Below are positions 52,844-60,141 of a DNA stretch of 64,000 nt, one piece after another. Source of the DNA: Dehalococcoidia bacterium (GTDB lineage Bacteria > Chloroflexota > Dehalococcoidia > Lucifugimonadales > Australimonadaceae); contig OZ220673.1 of the NCBI GenBank assembly GCA_965116305.1, positions 547,362-611,361 of the forward strand. Direction: 5' to 3'. Below the pieces are notes generated by a model, which did not search any database, was not told the origin of the DNA, and saw only the letters and a list, made by a program, of their open reading frames with translations. Position 1 is the stretch's first letter, and each line of letters begins with the position of its first letter. The position numbers and the translations under genes were made by a program.

Positions 52844-55099
52844 ATGCTTACATACGGCGCAACCAAGTACTTTGACGTTGACCCTAACCAAATCATCGTC
52901 GACGCCCGTAGCTTCGCTAGCTGGCGAAATGGCTTGCCTGAGTGGATAAAGAACTCTAGCGACGCCTACGACAGAGCCGGAGCACTGAGCGCGGACCGTG
53001 TTGTCGTGGTCATACTTGCACCCGCAGGCAAAGATGGATCGCCTGTGTTGGCTTGTCTGGACTTTGTAGGTATGACCTCTGATGACCTCATCGACAAACT
53101 CGCTCGGTACGGTGACCCTGAAGCCTCAGGATCTGGGACTCATGTCGTCGGCGGTCACGGTAACGGGGGCAAGCTGTTCGCCGTCGGCGGCTTCAAGGGC
53201 GACGTGGTCTGGCGAACCATAAAGCACGGTTTCCGCAGTGAGTACGGATTGGCAGAGCCCGGTCGCCCCGCTCTAGCCTTCGTGCTGGACGACATTGGTG
53301 AGGTTAAGGATCGGCCGTGCACGGACCTACCTTCCACTCTCAATGAATGGCTCAGAGCATTGAGTCTCTCGGTTGCAGATCTCCCGGCGGCCGCCCAAGC
53401 CGCTGCTCAGAGGGCAGACGGTGTTACTCTCGTGTGTGGTGCCCGTTCCGAACAATCATTCCAAATCCATGATAGTTTGATTCTAAATACTCTGCGCAGC
53501 CACCCACAATGTAAGACGCCGTTGGAGACCACTAAGCTATTTGTCGTAGCCAATGGGAAACTGTCAAATGGAGGTGCCGCACTCACCTTAGACGAAATCA
53601 CGCCCTATGAGGGATTCTCTGAACCTCTAACTGTATCTATACCACTTAGCCTGAACGATCCTTTTGGCCAGTCTCCTGTATCGACAACAGCTGGAGGTGC
53701 GCAGGGCACTCTAGAGCTCCGTACGTCAGATAAGCAGATGCCAGGAATGAAGGCCTTGCAAGGACGCCACACCATTGACTTCAAGCAGGGTTCGCGAATA
53801 CGAGGCAGTCGTTCAGTTAGGGAACTTGTTAGCAAGGGTCCTTTCACCGACCGCATCTACGGGCAATGCCAGCTGGATGCGTTGGTAGAGTCCTATGAAT
53901 CACAGACACGTGGTCCGCTTGTGGAGAGTCCGCTTGTACGTGCACTAGAAGAATGGGTAGGGGAACAGATTCTCACCTATGCCGATAAGATTCAGCAGGC
54001 ATCCATGGTGCAGGATAAGGCAACTAAAGACGAGGAGAAGATAAGGCGCCTCACCCAGCAGATGGCGAAGTTGAATCGTTGGATCAACCGCATCGTCGAC
54101 GAGCTTAGCCCAGGTGCCGGCGATGACCCAGATTGGGGAGGTGGGGGCAAGAAAACTGGAGGGACTCGATATCCTCTTCCTCTCGCACCAGTTGGCAGAA
54201 TAGCGATAGCCATAGACGAGAAGGTTGCAGGAGCCAAAGTTCCATTGGAATTCTCAACCTCCTTCTTTGGACTCGATGATGTCACTCAGGTCAGGCCTGT
54301 CAGCGTCGTTTGGCATTCGAGCAACCCACCTATCGCCGCATATAGCAACGTTACCGACATGGTCAATACATACCAGCCAGGAACAGCTGAGATATGGTGT
54401 GAATCGTCTACGGGAGTCGTCTCAAATCGCATAGAACTTAGGGTAATCGATTGTGATCGCATCGAACTGAGTGCCGCAACTATAGACGTTCCCATAGGCC
54501 GACGTCGTCATGTCTGGGCCACAGGAATCACTGCTGCAGGCGAAAGGCATGAAGGGATTCGCGTAAACTGGACCACGGATTCCAGTGATATTCTTCGAGT
54601 GGGACTTGCGGGTGTTATCACTGGGCTCAGCGAAGGAACTGCAACCGTGACAGCCAAGGAAGGAGATGGGACAGCAGCAAGCTGCTTGGTAACGGTAGTA
54701 CCAGCGCCAGAAGGCCCAGGAGGTCCCAACAGGCCGAGATACCTCCTGTCTGAAGTACAAAAGGCCCCCTACGACGAAGAGCCGCCCGTATTCCACAAGG
54801 ATAGTGGGTTGGTCACTCAGCGACAGGTCGATATTGAGCACAACGTCTGGTGGATTAATCTGGCCAGCCCTCTTGCACGACTCGTGTATGACCAACACGG
54901 TGAAGTGTCGGAGCAATGGGCCATGTATCTCGGGGAGAGGATAGCTGACGCAGCGATAGAAGCGGCCATGCAAGGCGCCGACCGCGGCGTCGAGAGCCGA
55001 CCTGTCAACGAGGTGCTAGAGGAAGTTTCGCAGCTGCGGATGCAGATTCTAGACAGCTTTACGCAAGAATTCGGAGCAACTAAACAGCTGGTGTTGTGA
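52844..55099 (+). CDS. GHKL (Bergerat-fold, MORC/MutL-like) ATPase fused to two Big_2 Ig-like domains; novel architecture
   Basis: 751 aa. N box EWIKNSSDAYD (ExxxNxxD, aa 33-43), G1-like LDFVGMTSDDL (aa 72-82) and G2 GGHGNGGKLF (aa 103-112). Coiled-coil aa about 385-420. Big_2 #1 is VSVVWHSSNPPIAAYSNVTDMVNTYQPGTAEIWCES...IELRV (aa about 452-535). Big_2 #2 is IRVNWTTDSSDILRVGLAGVITGLSEGTATVTAKEGDGTAASCLVTVV (aa about 538-619). The helical C-terminus is unrecognised. No signal peptide or TM. Confidence 0.75.
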   Translation: MLTYGATKYFDVDPNQIIVDARSFASWRNGLPEWIKNSSDAYDRAGALSADRVVVVILAPAGKDGSPVLACLDFVGMTSDDLIDKLARYGDPEASGSGTHVVGGHGNGGKLFAVGGFKGDVVWRTIKHGFRSEYGLAEPGRPALAFVLDDIGEVKDRPCTDLPSTLNEWLRALSLSVADLPAAAQAAAQRADGVTLVCGARSEQSFQIHDSLILNTLRSHPQCKTPLETTKLFVVANGKLSNGGAALTLDEITPYEGFSEPLTVSIPLSLNDPFGQSPVSTTAGGAQGTLELRTSDKQMPGMKALQGRHTIDFKQGSRIRGSRSVRELVSKGPFTDRIYGQCQLDALVESYESQTRGPLVESPLVRALEEWVGEQILTYADKIQQASMVQDKATKDEEKIRRLTQQMAKLNRWINRIVDELSPGAGDDPDWGGGGKKTGGTRYPLPLAPVGRIAIAIDEKVAGAKVPLEFSTSFFGLDDVTQVRPVSVVWHSSNPPIAAYSNVTDMVNTYQPGTAEIWCESSTGVVSNRIELRVIDCDRIELSAATIDVPIGRRRHVWATGITAAGERHEGIRVNWTTDSSDILRVGLAGVITGLSEGTATVTAKEGDGTAASCLVTVVPAPEGPGGPNRPRYLLSEVQKAPYDEEPPVFHKDSGLVTQRQVDIEHNVWWINLASPLARLVYDQHGEVSEQWAMYLGERIADAAIEAAMQGADRGVESRPVNEVLEEVSQLRMQILDSFTQEFGATKQLVL

Positions 55100-55106
55100 G
55101 GCGCTG

Positions 55107-55787
55107 ATGATCACGAAACACGAGAAAGTACTGGTCAGTGCCTTTAGACGATGGCCAGAACAGTCGTTTAGCGCAGAGGATCTTGTAGTCGCTTGTTGGA
55201 AAGAATACCCCGAGGATTTCGGACTTCAAGGTTACGAGAACTTATACCCTGATGCTAACGTCATTTATCGATATATCATGGGTCAGAATTCTATAGTGAA
55301 GAAACATAAATGGTTGCTTCAGACGCGAAGCAAAACCTATCGGCTGTCCACACAGGGCGCCTCCCATGTGCTGGCCCTGCTTGGAGACAGCCAGTCGACT
55401 GAAGATGGTCAACGACTGAGGATAGAACGCGCTCGTGAGGCTGTGTTGGCACGCCTACTCCGCAGTCGAGCGTGGATGAAGTACCAAAGGGGTGAGGAAA
55501 TTGTGTTCCGAGAAGCCTGCATGTTTTGGGGTATCATTCCTCGTTCAGCAGGCGAGGAATATCGCTTCGCCCGCAAGGAACTAGCGGACTCACTGTCGCT
55601 AGCCGAGGAGCGCATTCATCAGGCTCAGACATCCGAACTTTGGGTTCCTGAAGCTAACCGCTCCATCGACAACGAGACCCTGAACCAGCTCCGTAGCCTT
55701 GACACTGAACTTGTCCAGACATTCGCAGATGAAGTCGCAGGCATCGTCGGAAGAGTCATTGACCGAGGTCGGCTGAAGCAGGCTTAG
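55107..55787 (+). CDS. hypothetical protein; winged-helix-like N-terminus plus helical C-terminal half
   Basis: 226 aa. The start is 7 nt after the GHKL stop, with a GAGG SD overlapping that stop. The N-terminal about 90 aa has a helix-helix-helix-hairpin pattern (KVLVSAFRRW...SAEDLVVACWKEYP...NVIYRYIMG...KHKWLLQTRSKTYRLSTQG). No catalytic motif recognised. Confidence 0.7.
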   Translation: MITKHEKVLVSAFRRWPEQSFSAEDLVVACWKEYPEDFGLQGYENLYPDANVIYRYIMGQNSIVKKHKWLLQTRSKTYRLSTQGASHVLALLGDSQSTEDGQRLRIERAREAVLARLLRSRAWMKYQRGEEIVFREACMFWGIIPRSAGEEYRFARKELADSLSLAEERIHQAQTSELWVPEANRSIDNETLNQLRSLDTELVQTFADEVAGIVGRVIDRGRLKQA

Positions 55788-55835
55788 GGTGAAGACCCCA
55801 GGCCTGTCGAATCCGCCTAAGGCAATTACGTGTGA

Positions 55836-56969
55836 GTGATGGAGGCTAAGTTGGCAATTGGCCATTCCGAATCGACCGTGCACGAAATGCTGTCCACGGC
55901 CCCGGTGGATTGGGAGTCAACTCTAGATGCAATTCTAGCTCTAAGCTCATGGCGTGGAGGATTATCAAACCAGAACCATGAGATTCTGACGCGGCGTTTC
56001 GGGCTTGTCTCAGGAGAAGTCGAGACGCTTGAGGCTATCGGTAAAGATCTAGGAATTACCCGTGAACGTGTGAGGCAGATCCAAGCTAAGGCTCTTCGCC
56101 GAATTCGACCGCGCATCGATTCGGTCAAGTCCTACGGCACACTTACTTCACTGGTACGAGAGGAGGTAGCTAGGCAGGGCGGTGCCCTCCGGAAAGAAGG
56201 CGTTCTTGCCTTGCTCGATTCAGGGAAGCAATCTCTACGCTACCGTCCAGACATGGCCATAGCTTTTATGCTGTGGATGTCACCCCTATTGATTGAGTTA
56301 CCCAAGAAGGCCAGCAATCGATGGATCGTGTATGCCTCTAAAGAAGTAGCTTCCCAACTGACGACTGTAACCAAGCGCATCCATGAGTATCTCCGAAGAA
56401 GAGGACCACTCGAACGCCTTCGCCTAGTGGGAGATATCACGAACGATGAGGAGGAAGCAGCGGCTGTATCTGCTGCGCTTGCCGTTGACGTGGCAACAAC
56501 CGAGAGTGAAGGGTATGTGTGGTTGGTCAATTCGCCGAGATGGCATTTCGTCGTGGCCAGTGTACGACAGATTGGGACTTCCGCGCACTTTATGGAAATC
56601 ACCCGCCGAGTCAACGATAAGCTAACCCCCGACAACCGAATGACAGAGCGTGCAGTGCACGCCATCCTCGGAAATTATGAGCCGACAGTCTTTAGAAGGG
56701 TTGGTCTTGGAACGTTCGGTTTGGCCGAATGGGGTCTCCCGGCGGCGAAGGATAGCGTAGACCTTGTATGCCAAATCCTTGAAGGCGAGACTGCTTGGCT
56801 CACCACTCAACAGATTGTCGTGAAGGCGCGCTCTCTCGGGTGGCGAACCAAGCCGGAGAGTATTGTTATTGCACTCGACTTGGAGGACCAACGACCCAAC
56901 CGGCGCGTACGCCGGGTAGGACCAGCCACCTCTATCAGGTATGGACTGAGTTGGTGGAACGACCCTTAG
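55836..56969 (+). CDS. sigma-70 region-4 HTH protein with two C-terminal HARE-HTH-like winged-helix domains
   Basis: 377 aa. LSNQNHEILTRRFGLVSGEVETLEAIGKDLGITRERVRQIQAKALRRIR is a textbook sigma-70 region 4.2, but regions 2 and 3 are absent. HFMEITRRVNDKL...VFRRVGLGTFGLAEWG and WLTTQQIVVKARSLG...VRRVGPATSIRYGLSWW match the HARE-HTH ending (R-h-G-x-G-x-a-x-L-x-x-W). Confidence 0.8.
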   Translation: MMEAKLAIGHSESTVHEMLSTAPVDWESTLDAILALSSWRGGLSNQNHEILTRRFGLVSGEVETLEAIGKDLGITRERVRQIQAKALRRIRPRIDSVKSYGTLTSLVREEVARQGGALRKEGVLALLDSGKQSLRYRPDMAIAFMLWMSPLLIELPKKASNRWIVYASKEVASQLTTVTKRIHEYLRRRGPLERLRLVGDITNDEEEAAAVSAALAVDVATTESEGYVWLVNSPRWHFVVASVRQIGTSAHFMEITRRVNDKLTPDNRMTERAVHAILGNYEPTVFRRVGLGTFGLAEWGLPAAKDSVDLVCQILEGETAWLTTQQIVVKARSLGWRTKPESIVIALDLEDQRPNRRVRRVGPATSIRYGLSWWNDP

Positions 56970-57149
56970 TTGAGCCCTGGCGCTCCCCACTCCACTGACA
57001 CGCGCCCCTTACGCAATCGCCCCACGACCTCGTACGCTGGTCGGTGATGGCGCGCCGCCGTCGAGGCTAGCCCCGGCTCGGGGGTCAGGGCGTGCCTAGC
57101 GCGTGCAGGAGTGGCGTGGCCCACAATGGCGCAGTTTGGCACACTTTGG

Positions 57150-57275
57150 AAGGGGTGGTTCGACAGGCTCGCCATGAGCGGGGCCATCCCGAGAGATACC
57201 TCGGCTGCGCTCGGCATGACAAGCACCCCGCGCCGCACCGCCTCTGGATTCCAGCCTGCGCTGGAATGACGGGAA
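57150..57275. repeat. REP-like cluster (types A, D inverted, B variant)
   Basis: ggtggttcgacaggctcgccatgagcgg, ccgagagatacctcggctgcgctcggcatgac and ctggattccagcctgcgctggaatgacgg. Confidence 0.75.
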
Positions 57276-57315
57276 TGGCGCAGGAACGACGAGGGCAGTG
57301 GGGGTCAGGCGTGGG

Positions 57316-58629
57316 CTAGCGCAGGGCGATGAGTGTGCCCGCTTCCTCGGAGGTGACGTAGAGGCCGTGCTCCGTTACAACGATCTGGCCGTTGACCGGG
57401 ACACCCGTCTGGATGACCTGGGCTGGCTCGCCGGTAGCCCTGTCGACGACGTGGACCTCTCCCGCATCGTTGCCGATATAAATAGAGCGGCCTGCCGCTG
57501 CCGGGGCAGCATGGATGAGCGCTCCGGTGTCGTACTCCCACAGCAAGATCCCATCGGCGACCGACAGCGCATGGAGCCTTCCATCCCTGCTGCCCGCGTA
57601 TGCGACGCCATCGAGGACCGCCGGACCGCTCAGGGCGCTGTCGCGGGCGAGGACCCGTCCCCAGACCAGCCCCTTGGGGAGCGGCGGTTCCGGCTGCAAC
57701 CCCCAGATGAAGAACTGCTGCCGCCAGGAACGGAGCGCGCGCTCGAACGGATACTCCAGCTTGCTCCAGTCGATCGTCGCCAGTCTCCCCCGGCCGGTGC
57801 CGATGAGGAAGTAGTCCCCGGTGAAGACCGGACTCTCCGCCAGGGCGTTGACGGTATCGAAGATGAGGCGCTTCCTGCCGGTTGTGAGGTCGAGCACGTA
57901 GACGAGGCCGTCGTCTGTGGCGAGCGCCATCAGGTCGCCCTGGAACGCCGGAGGCGCAACGATACTCCCGTCGGCGGCGAAGGCCCAGAGCTGCTCTCCT
58001 GTCTGAGCGTCGACGGCGTAAAGCGTGCCGTTCCACGACCCCGCGTAGACCACACCACGGTAGACGGCAGGTGACGCGAAGGATGCGCTGTCAGCCTGGA
58101 AACTCCATAGTTCCGCGCCTTCCCAACGGTCCATCGCGAGCAGACGCCCGTCGCGAACCGCTACGTAGACGGCGTCCGGCGTTACGGCAGGGGTAGTGAC
58201 CGTCACGGAAGAGAGTTGGCGTTCCCAGAGGACATCGCCGGTGGCGCTGTCCATCGCAACGAGCCGGTTGTCCCCTGTGCCGAGGAAGAGCTGTCCATCG
58301 GAGACGGCAGGCGCGGCGGGAAGCGGATGCTCCGATTCGAACCTCCAGCGCTCCTCACCTTCGAAACCGCCATGGAGCGGTGCGGCTGCCGTGTGCGCGG
58401 CGTCGCGGCCTGCCATCGCCCAGTCGCCGGCATCCGTTGGCGCGTTCGTCTGTGTCGCCGGCTGCGGCACAGGCCCGGTGAAGACGCCAGAGGCCCAGAG
58501 GCCCCAGACCAGCAGGATGGCGCCGAGGATGCCGGCAAGCGCGAGCCACCTGGTCCGGGAACGTGAACGGACTCCACGTTCAGCCGCAGTGTGCCACGTG
58601 TCCCGCTGACTGCGGAGAGGGCTGGTCAT
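57316..58629 (-). CDS. membrane-anchored PQQ-like (BamB/YVTN-type) beta-propeller repeat protein
   Basis: 437 aa with an N-terminal TM (WLALAGILGAILLVWGLWA). Repeated G-x-x-LW motifs are GDVLWERQ, GAELWSFQ, GEQLWAFA and GILLWEYD. Confidence 0.8.
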   Translation of the reverse strand: MTSPLRSQRDTWHTAAERGVRSRSRTRWLALAGILGAILLVWGLWASGVFTGPVPQPATQTNAPTDAGDWAMAGRDAAHTAAAPLHGGFEGEERWRFESEHPLPAAPAVSDGQLFLGTGDNRLVAMDSATGDVLWERQLSSVTVTTPAVTPDAVYVAVRDGRLLAMDRWEGAELWSFQADSASFASPAVYRGVVYAGSWNGTLYAVDAQTGEQLWAFAADGSIVAPPAFQGDLMALATDDGLVYVLDLTTGRKRLIFDTVNALAESPVFTGDYFLIGTGRGRLATIDWSKLEYPFERALRSWRQQFFIWGLQPEPPLPKGLVWGRVLARDSALSGPAVLDGVAYAGSRDGRLHALSVADGILLWEYDTGALIHAAPAAAGRSIYIGNDAGEVHVVDRATGEPAQVIQTGVPVNGQIVVTEHGLYVTSEEAGTLIALR

Positions 58630-58650
58630 CGCGCAAGGCCCTTCATCAGC

Positions 58651-59052
58651 CTATCCCGCGATGGGGAGGTACAGCACGAACTCGTCGGACCGGCGATAGA
58701 ACTCGATGGAAGGCCTTACGGGATCGACGCTGTGCCGCTCGCCCAGCGCCTCGAACGTGGGTGCTATGCGGGCGATGAGGGCATCGTGGTCGCCGCGCAG
58801 CCGTTGGTACGCGTAGAGCCCGCCTTCGATAGCGCCCGTGCTGAGGCCGAGACCGACGGGGTCGTCGTGCTCGTGACGCCGGACGCAGGCGCGGTAGCTT
58901 CCCGCAGCCTGATCGAAGACCCCGTAGAAGCGCCGTCCCCTTCGGCCCACGACGTCCTCCAGCTCGGTGAAGGCCTCCGCGCTGGGCTGCTCGTACTCGC
59001 GCAGGTACATGACCGCTATCGGGTCCAGCCGGATCGTGTCGCTCGGCGCCAC
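58651..59052 (-). CDS. GyrI-like small-molecule-binding domain protein
   Basis: 133 aa. The pattern IAVMYLREYEQP...FYGVFD...GGLYAYQRLRGDHDAL...IEFYRR resembles the GyrI-like/AraC effector-binding fold. Moderate confidence in the family call. Confidence 0.55.
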   Translation of the reverse strand: MAPSDTIRLDPIAVMYLREYEQPSAEAFTELEDVVGRRGRRFYGVFDQAAGSYRACVRRHEHDDPVGLGLSTGAIEGGLYAYQRLRGDHDALIARIAPTFEALGERHSVDPVRPSIEFYRRSDEFVLYLPIAG

Positions 59053-59114
59053 CGTTCGGCCTCCTGGGGTGTGTATACCGATGCTACGCGAAATTCAGCC
59101 GCGGCTGCCCACGG

Positions 59115-59345
59115 AGGAGGCCCTCACCCACGCGCTAAAGCGCGTTGCCCTCTCCCAGGGGGAGAGGGGACAATACCACCTGAGAGGATGTTGCGCGCTA
59201 AAGCGCGGGACTCCGCCTCCGGCTCCGCTCAACATGACAAGCGCACATGCCCCGCCGCACCGCCTCTGGATTCCCGCCTTCGCGAGAATGACGGGGGCTG
59301 CGCCCCGCGTCGCCCCTCACCCGCAGGGGCGGGCCTTGTGGCACA
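59115..59345. repeat. REP-like cluster (type C inverted, D-like inverted, type B and others)
   Basis: ccctcacccacgcgctaaagcgcgttgccctctcccagggggagagggg, ...gcgcgctaaagcgcggg...caacatgac and ctggattcccgccttcgcgagaatgacgg. Confidence 0.75.
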
Positions 59346-59377
59346 ATGCACCTGATACGCCACGTGGAGGATGAACG

Positions 59378-60127
59378 ATGCCCCAGGTAGTGCTCCTGCG
59401 ACACGGCGAAAGCGACTGGAACCTCTCCAACCGCTTCTCCGGCTGGACCGACGTCGACCTCACCGACACCGGACGGGAAGAGGCCGCACGCTCCGGGCGG
59501 CTGCTGCTCGAGGAGGGGTTCACCTTCGACGTCGCCTATACGTCCGTCCTCAAGCGCGCCATCCGCACGCTCTGGATCGTTCTCGATGAGATGGACCTGA
59601 TGTGGCTCCCCGTCATCCGCGACTGGCGGCTGAACGAGCGTCACTACGGCGCGTTGCAGGGGCTCAACAAGGCCGAGACCGCAGCCGAGCACGGCGAGGA
59701 GCAGGTGCTCCTCTGGCGCAGGAGCTACGACGTTCCGCCGCCCGCGCTCACGCCCGACGACGAGCGCCACCCCGGGCGCGACCCGCGCTACGCTTCCATC
59801 CCCGCGGACGAGATGCCGCTCACCGAGGCGCTCAAGGAGACGGTCGCGCGCTTCGTGCCGTACTGGGAGAGCACCATCGCGCCGGACATCCGCGCGGGCA
59901 AGCGCGTCCTCATCGTCGCGCACGGCAACAGCCTCCGCGCGCTCGTGAAGCACCTCGACAACATCTCGGACGCCGACATCATCGACCTCAACATCCCCAC
60001 CGGCGTTCCGCTCGTCTACGACCTCGCGGACGATCTCACGCCGCTCGGCAGCCGCTACCTGGGCGACCAGGCCGCGGTCGAGGCGGCGGTGGCGGCGGTC
60101 GCCGCGCAGGGCAAGGCGTCGGCGTAG
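59378..60127 (+). CDS. gpmA: 2,3-bisphosphoglycerate-dependent phosphoglycerate mutase
   Basis: 249 aa with [11 protein letters not shown] (catalytic His), [20 protein letters not shown] and [10 protein letters not shown]. Confidence 0.95.
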   Translation: MPQVVLLRHGESDWNLSNRFSGWTDVDLTDTGREEAARSGRLLLEEGFTFDVAYTSVLKRAIRTLWIVLDEMDLMWLPVIRDWRLNERHYGALQGLNKAETAAEHGEEQVLLWRRSYDVPPPALTPDDERHPGRDPRYASIPADEMPLTEALKETVARFVPYWESTIAPDIRAGKRVLIVAHGNSLRALVKHLDNISDADIIDLNIPTGVPLVYDLADDLTPLGSRYLGDQAAVEAAVAAVAAQGKASA

Positions 60128-60141
60128 GGCGGGGCGGGCGC

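Larger units (their letters stand above)
51440..57000. mobile_element. lower-GC genomic island carrying a four-gene methyltransferase-GHKL cassette (no integrase or tRNA seen)
   Basis: There is an abrupt compositional change: my hand counts of sample 60-nt lines inside give about 32-45% G+C versus about 70% in flanking genes. The left border has unusual CCAAGGGGGCC repeats and the right border is followed by a REP cluster. Confidence 0.5.

Noticed and set aside
55107-55787. Calling the 226-aa ORF the missing restriction endonuclease
   Set aside because: No PD-(D/E)XK, HNH, GIY-YIG or PLD signature could be identified by eye, and there is no similarity to R.PvuII as I recall it. It is left as hypothetical pending structure or HMM analysis.
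51400-57320. tRNA, integrase or att direct repeats delimiting island 2 (and likewise island 1 at 9.7-12.9 kb)
   Set aside because: I scanned intergenic DNA for tRNA-like T-arm sequences and for shared border repeats. Only REP-derived ggttcg... strings were found, and no recombinase-like ORF exists in the window. Mobility is therefore inferred from composition and content only.
57298-58074. 258-aa plus-strand ORF
   Set aside because: It is antisense to the beta-propeller repeat protein, whose repeated G-x-x-LW blades and N-terminal TM anchor give it much stronger support.
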